Shown: piece after piece, positions 9,528-20,000 of the stretch | How the letters are laid out: each line of letters begins with the position of its first letter | Position numbering within the stretch: the stretch's first letter is position 1 | NCBI GenBank assembly: GCA_022813965.1 | Contig: JALDZS010000126.1 | Coordinates: forward strand, 53,355-73,354 | Direction: 5' to 3' | DNA length: 20,000 nucleotides | Source: Toensbergia leucococca | Taxonomy: Eukaryota | Position numbers and translations under genes: made by a program | The notes under the pieces: generated by a model | Databases searched by the model: none | Told to the model about the DNA's origin: nothing | Seen by the model: only the letters and a program-made list of their open reading frames with translations

Positions 9528-10035
9528 ATGTCGTTCCTCACAAGAAATGCCATGTTCTCAATACCAAGATTCCCTGCTTCTCGCACAACAGCCCTCAATG
9601 CTCGCCGTCCTTTTCACATCACCGTCAACAGAATGGCTCTGAACGAGTCCAATCGCGGTCGTGGTAAGCATGTCACGGTTCAGCTTTTCTTTAATATCTT
9701 AGATTTTACTTACTTCCTCATACAATAGACATGGCTAATTCATAGATCCGTTGTTTAGATTCTAATGACACGGCGAAAGAAATCGACCATCACAAGCATG
9801 ATCAGTTGCAGAAACAGAAGGAAGGAAAGGGTCACTGGACACCCGAGCTCGCAAGCGATAGTGAAACCGCGGTAGGATCGACAGTCGTATCACTGGAGTG
9901 TCATTTGCTGATTGACATCGGTGTCGATCATAGGTTGCTGCAGACCGAGGAGAACATGATCACTCAGAAGAAGGCATTTCAAAATTGCAGGAGGATACAG
10001 CCGGGCATGCTCAAGATAAGCACAGCTCCAAGTAG
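9528..10035 (+). CDS. Small predicted mitochondrial protein of unknown function, 116 aa
   Basis: Exons 9528-9663, 9759-9871, 9934-10035. Arg/Ser/Ala-rich N-terminus with no acidic residues (MSFLTRNAMFSIPRFPASRTTALNARRPFHITVNR), resembling a presequence. It is followed by EIDHHKHDQLQKQKEGKGHWTPELASDSETAVAADR, which I recognise as a recurrent Pezizomycotina motif. Confidence 0.8.
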
Positions 10036-10376
10036 AGGTGAAGCCTACTTGGAGAGTTGAAGGCTAGGTATAGCCAGCCAAGGTAAAATGGGCTAGTAGT
10101 GAAGTGCTACAGCATATGATTTGTATAATGCATGAGTAACTATGGTTTTATGTTCACGGTAATCAACTCAGCTTCTTATCCCTGACGGATCCACTGATGT
10201 CGGATTTGCGTGTGTGTGGAGCAGTACCTAGAGAGATTTCAGTTCCCTTCGAAGCCCCAGAGGAAACAACTGAGAAAATGGCCAGGGACAATAATCCATG
10301 CTACGCGTCCATTCCTGTTGTTCCAGCCATTGATGCGATACCTCAAAATGCTCAAATATGTACACCCGAAACGCCA

Positions 10377-11273
10377 TTACTTCAATATAATAATCAAAAG
10401 TACAAGTATAATGATCAAAATCAATATGATGGTCAACTGCATATTATCTTTCGCTTTCCTGGCCACTGTTCCGAGATTCTTCCTTGCTTTATCCAGTCTT
10501 GTCTGATGCCGATCCACATGCCCTTCAACCTCATCTAGCATTTGTACGTGCTCGTCAAGCTCATCTCCTATCTGTATGCTAAGATCTCGCTGTCGTCCTA
10601 TACTCTCCCCCAATCGATCAAGATGCTCGTCTTGATCTCGAATGACGTTCTTGTGATACTCGTGTATTTGCTGGTTGTCTAGCGTACTCTGATCCGGAGG
10701 TCCATCTGGTTCGTCGCGATAAGGGAACAATGCTGCTCGATTTGCTTCTTCGTCTGTATCTGGAATTGATGCTCGAGGATTGTCCGTGAATCGGACAGAC
10801 TTGGAGGGATTGATGGAATTCGCAGCTGAGCGTTTGAGAAAAGACGATGATGAGGCGTTTTGAGGTCGAACATCTTTGGCACGGGCGAAATCCGATGATA
10901 GAGAAGGATCGTTGGGTTGTGATAGTGACGGGGCGGATTTGGTGGGGAATCCCCGGAATTGTGAAGTCAAGTCATCGTATTGTGTTCGTAAACTTGTAGC
11001 CTGATGCCGGAGGCTGTTCGATTTGCTGTTGTCGACAGTCAATACTCTGACTCCATCATCAGGAGGTGAATTAATTCACGAGTCTCCGCTCTCCTCCATA
11101 CGCTTCTGCTGTTGGTCCAAAGCTTCAATGCCTTCCCGCAATGAGTCTAGTGATCTCGAAAGGTGCCCGTCCTGGCTGTTGGGTTCCAGGTTCAAAGATA
11201 TAGCTCGTTGCCTCTCGAGTAACGAGAGCTTGATGTGGTCGGCCAGAAGGTACAATTGTGAAGGATTCGCCAT
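10377..11273 (-). CDS. SYN8: Endosomal Qc-SNARE Syn8 (syntaxin-8-like), 280 aa
   Basis: Exons 11273-11080 and 11025-10377 (intron GTGAAT...ATTGAC...AACAG). N-terminus MANPSQLYLLADHIKLSLLERQRA, SNARE motif QDEHLDRLGESIGRQRDLSIQIGDELDEHVQMLDEV, and a C-terminal transmembrane anchor IILILIIILVLLIIILK. Confidence 0.92.
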
Positions 11274-11587
11274 ATCTTCTGGAGGGAAATGAGACGTCCA
11301 CGGATACTAAGCAATACTGAGTGTGTCAGAACAGCTTTGAATTCATTGACCATACACGGCTACTGCGCAGATTGGCGATTCGCTCAAGGCTGCCAAATGT
11401 TCGGCCGCTATGCTACCTTGTCTCCAGCTCCACTCGCTGACGAAGATCGGTCATAGCGGGATGCACGTGATGAGTGATCGGCACTAGCCCCCACATAATG
11501 CAAGGGTGCCTTGCATTTGCCCCATTCCGCCTCAATTGCCGTTTCCTCGTACATCTTATCGAGTCACGCTGTCTAAATTCTTGGGAG

Positions 11588-13102
11588 ATGTCCGGCTATT
11601 CTCTTCGAACTGTCGGGTATCCCGTTACTCCAGATGAAGTAGCTCCTCAAAGCCCTGACGACATGGAAGACCTGCTCGAAGAACACAGTCCTGAAGACTA
11701 CTTCCACCTGTCAATTCCAGTCATGGACACCTTCCGCAGCACCCGCTTTCCTTCTCGTAGACACGGCCGATCATCTATACATCAAAACATGGTTGTTTGG
11801 CCTGCGGACTTGCGACACCGAAGCACATCCCCGCTGCCCATTGCTGCTCCTCTGCCAAAAGATCCTAGTACTGAAGGCATCGATCTTAGATCTCTGGAAT
11901 ATGTCGGACCTTTTGATCACAACCTCATGTGTGCTATTTGTCGTTGCCCGTTTGTTCGGCCCGTCCAACTCGATTGCTTCCACATTTTCTGCCGGGACTG
12001 CGTCAACCAAGCATTGATGCATCAACCTAGAGAAGCTAGATGCTGTCCAACCTGCAGAAGTAAGAAGGGCCCAAAAATAATGACTCCTGGTCCCAAGATT
12101 ATCAATTGCATTGTGGACGACCTCATAGTCAAATGTCCCTTAACCAAGGACGGATGTGCCGAGACAATGGCACGGGCATCTGTACAGGACCATGTGGAAC
12201 GATACTGCGACTTTTCTGACATCAAATGCCCATCAGAGGAGTGCGCCATACCTATTCGCAGGAAAGATATGGACCAGAAGCGTTGCCTTCACAGCCTCGT
12301 TGATTGCGAGTACTGCGGCTACAGCATCATGGAACGAGATCTAGAAATCCATTGCGCAGAGAATTGCCCCGTGCGCAAAGGAACTTGCCCGGACTGCAAG
12401 ACTGAGCTTCTTTACTGCAACCTAGAAGCCCACTCGTCTCAATGCCCCGAAGCTCTCTCCCCGTGCACCGCCGCCCCCTATGGCTGCGACTTCACCTCAA
12501 AACGCCTGACCCTCGCCTCCCATCTTCAAACCTGCCCTCTTGCTAAACTCACCCCTTTCATCTCCATGCAATCCTCCCGCCTCAACGCCCACGAAACCGC
12601 CCTCGCCCACCTTCAGCGCCGCAATTCCCTCCTTCAATCCTCCCTTGCCACAATTCAAGACACTCTCAGCCTCTCCACAAACCTTGTCGATACCCCCTCT
12701 GCCTCCAACCCAACCTCTGAACTCTCTGCCCCATTCGATTCCACCGCCCATCACCTCCTCTCCCTGCACGAATCTTTACGTGAAGAAGTCGAGCGCGTCT
12801 CGCATGCCGTGTCGGAACTGGACGCCAAGGCGAGCATGATGGTCATGAACGAGAGCCTGCGCGCCAAGGAGGATATGGCCCATATGAATGCCGCAGTAGG
12901 GAGCTTGCGAGTGCAGTTGCATTGGCTCATGAGTGCGAGGTTGCAGAATCAGCAGCGGGCTGCGATGGTGAGGACGCAGAGTCCCGGTGAGGGAGCCGGA
13001 GTCCGAACTGAAACTGCAGAAGGCGGGTCGAGTTCGGCGCTTGGGATGAGAGGGCCCGTGAGGAGATTGAGTGATTCGACGAGGCAGGAGACGAAGCTGT
13101 AA
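11588..13102 (+). CDS. RING (C3HC4) plus TRAF-type zinc-finger protein, putative E3 ubiquitin ligase (~504 aa)
   Basis: RING CAIC...C.H.FC..C...CPTC, then tandem TRAF-like zinc fingers (CPLTKDGC...HVERYC; CEYC...H...C; CPDC...H...C; CTAAPYGC...HLQTC) and a coiled coil. First ATG is 11588; the ORF-track start at 11474 is a GTG. The true start may be a later ATG. Confidence 0.88.
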   Translation: MSGYSLRTVGYPVTPDEVAPQSPDDMEDLLEEHSPEDYFHLSIPVMDTFRSTRFPSRRHGRSSIHQNMVVWPADLRHRSTSPLPIAAPLPKDPSTEGIDLRSLEYVGPFDHNLMCAICRCPFVRPVQLDCFHIFCRDCVNQALMHQPREARCCPTCRSKKGPKIMTPGPKIINCIVDDLIVKCPLTKDGCAETMARASVQDHVERYCDFSDIKCPSEECAIPIRRKDMDQKRCLHSLVDCEYCGYSIMERDLEIHCAENCPVRKGTCPDCKTELLYCNLEAHSSQCPEALSPCTAAPYGCDFTSKRLTLASHLQTCPLAKLTPFISMQSSRLNAHETALAHLQRRNSLLQSSLATIQDTLSLSTNLVDTPSASNPTSELSAPFDSTAHHLLSLHESLREEVERVSHAVSELDAKASMMVMNESLRAKEDMAHMNAAVGSLRVQLHWLMSARLQNQQRAAMVRTQSPGEGAGVRTETAEGGSSSALGMRGPVRRLSDSTRQETKL

Positions 13103-14423
13103 AGGGAATACTTTTTGGGGAGGGGGGGGGGAAGGGGGTGGGAAGGCTATGGGGGCATGACTCATGGATATATGGCGTTTTTAGGTTAGCAGTTGGGACT
13201 TTTCTTTTGGTGTGAGCAGGGAGGCTTTTGTGAGCTGCTTATCAAGAAGACTTCAATATCTTTTCCTTGGTGTGTTGCATGAAATTGGCATTGGAATTAG
13301 TCTGGGACGGCAGGGGGTGTTTGAGGGGATGGTTTCTGCTACGTATCACTTCCGCTTAGTCTAGGTAGTTTCGATCCCAAGTCCAATTTTCTATAGCTAT
13401 CTTTTGGTTCACTACCGCGGGAAACATAGGCTACGGGTGCTTCATTGATGTACCGTAGGGTTTTTTGGGTCGCCTGGTATGGAGAGGAAGACTTGAGTAG
13501 ATAAGCCACCCCTTTTTTTCCTCTCGCGCTTTTTTTGACAGCTTTGGTGTGTATTCTCGTCACGTCGACTTTGACTATCAATATCGATATATCAATTTGG
13601 GTACAGAAATTGAGGTAAGAGAATAGCGTAATTCTTCCCTCGAGGAAATAACCCTCTATTATACACCGGCTTGAGATCAAATTGACATATGTACTTACCG
13701 TCACCCCTTCAACGTTCCCCTCCTTCCCTCTCCCTGTTCACGTCTGGTACCAACCTCTAATTCCTCGACCCTCCAACCCACTTGATCGCTCTCTCATATG
13801 CACAGCTTATAACGATATTGAGGAGACAGGGTAGGAGCTTACAAATACCTTCGTGGGAAAAGCTCTGCGCAAGCTAGAAACATGGTTTTCTTGGAAAGAG
13901 TGTAGAGCAGGGTTTGTGTTTAGGATGAAGGGAGAGTGACTAGAAGGTGATGAGTGAATTTGAGACGTGCGTGTGCGATTGAGAAGGGGAGAATGGATTC
14001 GAAAATTTCTGGGGAGGAGATGCGTCTGGTTTTGATTGGCAAATGTGGCCGGACAGTTGGCGTCTCGAGCAGGTCAGATCCCGAGACGGAGGTTTCACAC
14101 CTTCTTTGTGCCTTTCGAGACATGCAGTCCTGATGTTGTTCACTCAGAAGCGAATGGTTCTTGCTGGAAGTATGGCAGGTTCTTCAGGTGACTCGAACAT
14201 GCGTTTCATAGTGGTATAGTTTCGGGCTTTGTGCCGGTATAATAGAATGGACCAACGGGAACGGATGGAAACAGGAAGGAATAAGATGGAGATGAAGGAG
14301 AGAAACAAAGATCTAGTCCAATATATTTACAGTCCCCTACTCACGACCAAATCCCCATCCCCTCCCCGACAGAAACATTCTTCTTTCAAATCCTCTACCA
14401 TCTATCCTCAACCCACCTTCCAA

Positions 14424-14804
14424 ATGTGTCAAGTGATCAACAAAATCCACGACAAATGCCGCCACACCAAGTCCGTTCAACTCCAATCTGCCTGCCACAT
14501 CGGCTACGGCTCGTCCCACCACGGCTCAGGCGAAACCTACTCCGTTATTGGAGAAGTGCCCATTCCAGGTCGGCCACTATGCCGCAAGTGTTACAAGAGG
14601 GTAGAAACGTTCCTGGAAAGGTTCTTTGCAGAGGCGCAGCACATTCATGACACGGAGGAACGTGCCCGGTGGAAAGGTAGACCCGGGACGAGTCCGACAA
14701 ACGTTATAGAGTATCAGAGGGTGCGAGCGGCGATTTCTCGGAGGGAAAGGAAGTGTTTGGAGGCGTTGAGAGAGGAGTATGGGGCATGCAATGTTCTGGA
14801 TTAA
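14424..14804 (+). CDS. Small Cys/His-rich hypothetical protein, 126 aa
   Basis: ATG in a CAAAATG-like context (CCAAATG) after a CT-rich leader. MCQVINKIHDKCRH...C...LCRKC pattern (MC-x9-CxH...C...CxxC) typical of small fungal putative zinc-binding orphans. Confidence 0.6.
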   Translation: MCQVINKIHDKCRHTKSVQLQSACHIGYGSSHHGSGETYSVIGEVPIPGRPLCRKCYKRVETFLERFFAEAQHIHDTEERARWKGRPGTSPTNVIEYQRVRAAISRRERKCLEALREEYGACNVLD

Positions 14805-15633
14805 GAGAAGACTGTTTTGTTTCTGGCTGTTTGAGAAAAATCAGATGTTAAAGGGAGTCGATCAAGCTTGTGACATATTTCTCATTTGCTTGCCGGTAAA
14901 TATACAACGGTTGAGAAAAGGGTAACTGATGATAGCAGAGAGAGCGTCCTTTCCATCTTAGTTCGTTCCCCACACCCCTGTGCTGCTGTCTCTTTGGGGT
15001 TAATATCTAATATCACGTCTCTATTATGCTTTTATTTACTCCAAACAATGCATGCTACACAGCACATGAGCTTCTCTTCCAAGCATATTGACCAATTGAC
15101 CCAAAGTCGGCTCTCGATGGTTACTGTACTCGTGCAATTTCGCTGTGAAGCTTTGATGTTAGACATTGAAGTCATGTGACACTTAAGTCAAGTAGCGACG
15201 ATATTTAGAAATAAGCTAGAGGAGAAGAACAGTAACATCCGGGGACTGTACTATGTACAGAGTGGTTGGATTCATGGAGGTGGTCTATCTGTACGAGGTA
15301 GCATAGGGCTGAGGGAGCCGATCCATCCTCGGCCGACGGCGGAACCTTTCTCCATCACCAGCTCACCATTGACCTCGACGAATGCGGCCGAGGGCCTTCG
15401 ACAATAAGAACCCACGCCCACAAAACAACAATAGCACGACAGCAATCCTGCACCTACTATTTTCTGCAATCATGCTACATCACTGCGTCAACTTTTTCCA
15501 CATCCTCTTTGTCCCTCCATCCAATTTCATCCTCTAACCATCTCCATAACCGTCTACACCAAACCCCCCCCAATCTAGCCGCCTGCAAACAAAGCAACCG
15601 GTTCTGGCACAATTTCTCTCTTGATCCCTCACC

Positions 15634-17013
15634 ATGGCTTATTTCTCTGCCTTACGCCAGTCCTTGCTGTCCTGCATGTCTCCCGCCCCTAGGAACACCA
15701 AGAAACCATCAATCGAACCACGGCTGGACCGTCGTTCAATGAGTCCCGCAGCCCGCACCAAGCAATGGCTCGCCACCACCTCGCCACCCGACCACACCTC
15801 CCAAACTCCCGCCTCCAAAACTCCCGCCATCCTTGGTGTTAAGGGCAGCAAAATCACCAAGGCTGGCCCAACCCCCAGCCCCAGCAAGAAATCGCAGATC
15901 TCCAAAATATTCTCTAGCATGTTCGGGGATGCATTGGCTTTCGCCAACAAGCCCAAAGACGAGCCACAAGAAGATTTTGAAGGTACCACTCTCATCGTCG
16001 ACGAAGCAGATCACGATCCAGACCTTGAAAACGATACCACCCTGCTTGAAGATCTGGACGACGACTTGGCTGCCGAAAAAGCGCAGCGCATCGCCAGAGA
16101 AGAAGAACTGACGCGCACCTACTTCGAATTGGAAGACCTGCGCGCACAGCGTAATAAGATCATAAATGATTGGGCCAAAGGCAACCGGACCGGATCAGAA
16201 ATCGGCCTCTTCCGTAAACTACAAATGGTCGGCCTAGACCCCCTCTTACCCCTCCATTGGAGATTCGAGTTCATAACCTACCCATTGAGAATCTTCACCG
16301 ACATCGATAAACACGCTCTTATCATCTCACATAAAGTGAGAGACTTCCGAGGTGGCACCCCTTCCAAATCCTTCGCCCAAGCTAAATCCCAAAAGACTAA
16401 CCCCACAATCCCTCTAGCAATCAAAGCCCTCGACCGCCTCACATCCCTCGGCACTCGCATCCGCGATCAAGAAGCCTGCAAACTCCGTCCTGAACCACTT
16501 ATGCACCGCGAAATCGCACTTTACCAAAAATGGTCGGAACAAGACGCCTCCTTCGAGTACTTATCCTTCATCCCTGCCCTCGCCATCGTCTCCGCCCGCC
16601 CCGGCGAAACCACCCAAAGCATCGCCAACCGCATCGAAAAACGCCTGCACGCCCTCGGCCGCCGCTACCGCGCAAGAAATCTCGTGCGTCGTCCCAGCGT
16701 CGCATGCATCGACGAAGAGCAGAATGTTTGCATCGAGGATGCCGAGGAGATGGAACAGTGTTTGCAGCAGCTACCGACATTGTACGGGATCGTGATCACA
16801 GGAAGCACGGTGGGGTTTGTATCGTATGACGCTCGGGTGCCCGGGAAGAAGACGCAAACTGTCGGCTTGGCTCATTTCAACAATGAAATACAAGACGTGT
16901 GGAATGCATTAGCGGTGGCGATTGTGGTGTGTTGGGCCCGGGAAATTGTGCAAGATATTTGTCCGCCTTGGCCCTCGAGGACGCCTAGCTTGGGGAGCGA
17001 CGTTGATGCTTGA
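15634..17013 (+). CDS. Conserved fungal hypothetical protein (437 aa if the 66-nt in-frame intron 16352-16417 is spliced)
   Basis: Long ORF with a good start context (CACCATGG), a disordered N-terminus and a globular C-terminal part (GLDPLLPLHW, DFR|AIKAL, LGTRIRD, PTLYG, DVWNALAVAI). Candidate intron GTGGCA...GACTAAC...CTCTAG. Confidence 0.8.
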   Translation: MAYFSALRQSLLSCMSPAPRNTKKPSIEPRLDRRSMSPAARTKQWLATTSPPDHTSQTPASKTPAILGVKGSKITKAGPTPSPSKKSQISKIFSSMFGDALAFANKPKDEPQEDFEGTTLIVDEADHDPDLENDTTLLEDLDDDLAAEKAQRIAREEELTRTYFELEDLRAQRNKIINDWAKGNRTGSEIGLFRKLQMVGLDPLLPLHWRFEFITYPLRIFTDIDKHALIISHKVRDFRGGTPSKSFAQAKSQKTNPTIPLAIKALDRLTSLGTRIRDQEACKLRPEPLMHREIALYQKWSEQDASFEYLSFIPALAIVSARPGETTQSIANRIEKRLHALGRRYRARNLVRRPSVACIDEEQNVCIEDAEEMEQCLQQLPTLYGIVITGSTVGFVSYDARVPGKKTQTVGLAHFNNEIQDVWNALAVAIVVCWAREIVQDICPPWPSRTPSLGSDVDA

Positions 17014-17628
17014 TTTTGGGGGTGATTGGGAGCGGAAGGAAGTGGCTTGGAAAGCATGGTTTGGAAGGAGGAGTATTGCGATGCAATTGCAGCGGGCGAG
17101 GAGGTATTGCTGGCAATATCTCCTATGCGTCTGAAAGGAGCAGGGGTGACAGGGAAGGCATTTGTGTGATCTAGGCGTACATGTTTTGTGCGTTGGAAGA
17201 TACCCCCCCCTGAGCTGAGCGAGGCGTACTTTCCGGTAGTCGAGGAGGCTGTTATCTATCTTCCCGGTCCAGCATAGCAATTCAGCATTTTTTCCGTAAT
17301 TCCGTCGAGAGAAAAATTTCTGTGAGCGTGAGAGAACCTGGATCGATCATGAATTCTAAATTCAATTGGTGAATAAAAGCCTCCGCGACTTACTCTCTTA
17401 ACGGTTGATTTATTGACCAAGGTCGGTATTAGCGGAACAGCGCACACTCTCCTCCATCGCAAAGAGCAAGCAGCTCCTATGTCCCTCACCCTCAAGCATC
17501 CCACTATATACCCAAACGGAAATAGAAACCCTCTAAATCCCATCCTCTACCGAACCTTCCCCCTTCCCATGAAATACACCTCTCCCCTGAAACGCCTCTT
17601 TCATAACAGAAAAACGCCCCCCAACCAC

Positions 17629-19943
17629 TCAATCCTCCATCAAAGGCGACATCAACGAATTCTTCTGCCTCGTCGGACTTTCCCTCCGCGACCTTTTTCC
17701 CTCCCCTAGCCCAGTCAATCGCTCCCGGCTCTCCGTCCGGCCCACCAGTCCACTCCGATCCATCGCCGTCAAAGGTCCAAAGCCCAGCCCAATCCCCTGC
17801 GTAGGAACCTTGTCAAAGGATCCCCCATGCCCCCCATGCTGGCCAGAATTAAGGCGTGGAGTGGCCCACCCGGAAGTCTTACCAGCTTGAGAACCAGACG
17901 AGGAATCAGAATGCTCGTTGTCGGAATCGCCTTCTTCCACGTCGCCAAGTTCGAAGTCATCGGCTGCAGTGCCATTTTCGAGGACTCGTTCGTAGATGCC
18001 GGCGCCGGGGCTGGAGCTGAAAAACGGGATTTTGCCGCTAAGGAATTTGCGCTTTTTGGGGACGCCACTGCTGCGGAGGAGGGGGGAGGTGAGTTTGCGG
18101 TAGATACGCGAGCGTCGGTCACGGCCGCAGAGGAGGAAGACGGCGACGCAGACGATGAGCATGAAGAGGAGAAAGCCGGGAATGCGCCGTGGAGATTTGC
18201 CTTGGAAAAGGGTATCGTGCCAGTCATCCCCGTCATCGTCGTCATATTTGTCGTCATCAGAAGTCATGTCTGATGAGAGTCTGTACTTGGAGCCAGCGTA
18301 CTGGAAATCGGGGGGAATTCCGGGAACATTGCTACCAAATCCGACTGGTAACGATCCATTGAGCGGCGGAACTTGACTGGAGGCGTAAAGAACCATTTTT
18401 CCCAATGTCCAACTGACCTCGGTATCGTCGATCTTATCTACGGCTTGAAAGGAGTCTGTGAAGCCTTTCTCCTTTGCATTGTCTAGAACCTCTTTGGTCC
18501 CATTATGTCCGTCGATATTGGTGTTTTCCAGGCCGACGCGAGGGATCCCTATGCCATTGTGAAGCACGTTGATGAGCCAACTAGCTTTGAAGCATACGTC
18601 GACCGCAATTGATGCGTCAAACTTTTTCCCCCATAGGTGATCTTCGATGCCTTTTGCGATATCATCCCAGTCCTGATTACAAAACTTCTGAACCCGTTCC
18701 TGATAAGTATTGAAGTCGTATGCCTTTTCTTTATGTCCCATTTCGAAAACTTCATGAGTGGTATGCCAGTATTCGCTTACTCCCACAAAATGATTTACGT
18801 CAAAATCGATGGCTGGAACATGCACACCATGAAGTAAGCATGGCTGGTTTTCGCAAGGCATATCTTTATCAAGTAGGGGGTATGTTTGTCGCAAGCACTC
18901 GTCAAAACGCCCCGTACCGATTAGAATCGGTGATTTTCCTTGTAACGTCTTATGTCCTGGTAGCAAGACTTGGCCCGTTGTTGTCATGCTGAGCCCAGTT
19001 GGTAGACATGGATCTGGGAGTTCTTTCACATCAACGGTGCCACTGGCTTCCAACAACGCTTCAACATAGCGTCTTCTTGCTTCGTGAACGCCAAATCCAA
19101 GCCAGGTCGTGACAAATACTTTGTACTCAGTAGTAGCACCATTTAGATTCCGCATGCGAAGCATCTTTAAGTCTTGTGCATGCCGCTCAGCCTCTGTTAC
19201 ATTCGGCGCGAATGCTATCTGTGCGGAAGCGCCGCCCATATCGAGAAAGCCATAAGTGTGATGATCCTTTCCATGGGCGTGCTTTTCTGGAGAGTCGAAG
19301 CCTCCGAGTAAATAATTTGCTGCAATCCATCCGTATAATCCTTCGGTCTCTCCAGGAATGGCTTGAATATGTAGGTCGCAATTGGGTAGTAGGAATCTTG
19401 TTGTTGAACGAGCGTAAGAACATATTTGTGCGAGAAGCTCCTTGCGCTGCAAATCGGGTAAGAGACGCACGCCAGCGGTTGCAAGTAGAAAGATTGGGGT
19501 ATCAGCAATGGCATGATCTGGAACGATTTCGAGAGCGTGTTGAAAAAGGGGCTCCAGGTGCTCAGGGCCTACAAGGTCCGGCTTCTTGCCAAAGGTTGAG
19601 ACTCCTAGACGTCGAAATTGGATCAGGCCTGATGCAAACTCGTCGGAATGATTAGCTTACCTGGGTGTTTCTTCAATGTCCATTTCTTCTTCGTCTCTAT
19701 GACTGGTAAGGATTGTAAATGCTTCGAGTCTGCCTCCTTGCGGGCCTTTGCGCTATCGAGCCATCTATAGATGTGCACACGAGTACCCTGCGCTACATGA
19801 TTAGGCCAGCTATGGAGCAGTAGATTAGTCGTCACTGACTGACGATCCCGCATCAAGTATGACTCCATATTTCCCTACGACAAGCACAGTATTAGACTGA
19901 TGGAATTCAAAAAGCGGAACTTTGCGAACGTACATTTCGCCAT
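17629..19943 (-). CDS. YND1: Golgi apyrase / nucleoside diphosphatase (GDA1/CD39 family, Ynd1 type), 715 aa
   Basis: Exons 19943-19934, 19874-19840, 19787-19661, 19604-17629 (2148 nt). Apyrase conserved regions: YGVILDAGSSGTR, LLATAGVR, GETEGLYGWIAANY, LDMGGASAQ, SWTLG. A single C-terminal transmembrane helix (GFLLFMLIVCVAVFLLC) followed by a cytosolic tail gives Ynd1 topology rather than Gda1. Confidence 0.95.
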
Positions 19944-20000
19944 CAGGCCAGATCACCTGCGAAGCATGTCCTTTCTCCTGGATGCTCTGTATCTAGTGAG

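Noticed and set aside
10197..10538. Plus-strand ORFs overlapping the SYN8 3' end
   Set aside because: Antisense shadows of the SYN8 transmembrane-coding region.
12497..13165. Gly- or Pro-rich ORFs overlapping the RING/TRAF gene
   Set aside because: Shadow frames caused by strong C-rich/G-rich codon bias.
17769..19655. Several alternative-frame and antisense ORFs within YND1
   Set aside because: Explained by the codon structure of the apyrase gene.
3099..19943. TVP15, SYN8 and YND1 as a Golgi/trafficking gene cluster
   Set aside because: They are separated by unrelated genes and share no visible regulatory motif; chance co-location of common housekeeping genes is sufficient.
19953..19967. 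Tiny uORF MLRR* before YND1
   Set aside because: Four codons, TSS unknown, easily due to chance.
1..20000. tRNA/rRNA genes, CRISPR-like arrays, transposase or RT ORFs, secondary-metabolite cluster
   Set aside because: No cloverleaf or A/B-box pattern, regularly spaced repeats, or transposase/RT/PKS/NRPS motifs seen by eye. Small snoRNAs cannot be excluded without a covariance-model search.

Overview
Intron-containing genomic DNA from a filamentous ascomycete (Pezizomycotina), judged from short GT-AG introns with CTRAY-type branch points. It is a gene-dense, mostly housekeeping region with about 11 protein genes. In order: the 5' end of an OTU-family deubiquitinase (-, runs off the left edge); peroxisomal D-amino-acid oxidase (7 exons, C-terminal SKL); TVP15/COPI-associated Golgi membrane protein (5 exons, absent from the ORF track); the iron-responsive GATA repressor SreA; a ~0.9 kb degenerate CpG-poor, TGA-rich island; an F-box-like protein; a small predicted mitochondrial protein; the SNARE Syn8; a RING/TRAF zinc-finger protein; a small Cys/His-rich protein; a conserved hypothetical protein; and a complete Golgi apyrase YND1. 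The most notable non-coding signals lie upstream of sreA: an exact CCAAT-N12-RWT (CBC:HapX-type) site next to a GATAAG, an inverted GATAAG pair, and a 28-codon uORF whose stop overlaps the sreA start codon. I found no CRISPR array, RNA gene or intact transposon, and no clearly novel multi-gene system. All homology calls come from motif recognition, not database searches.
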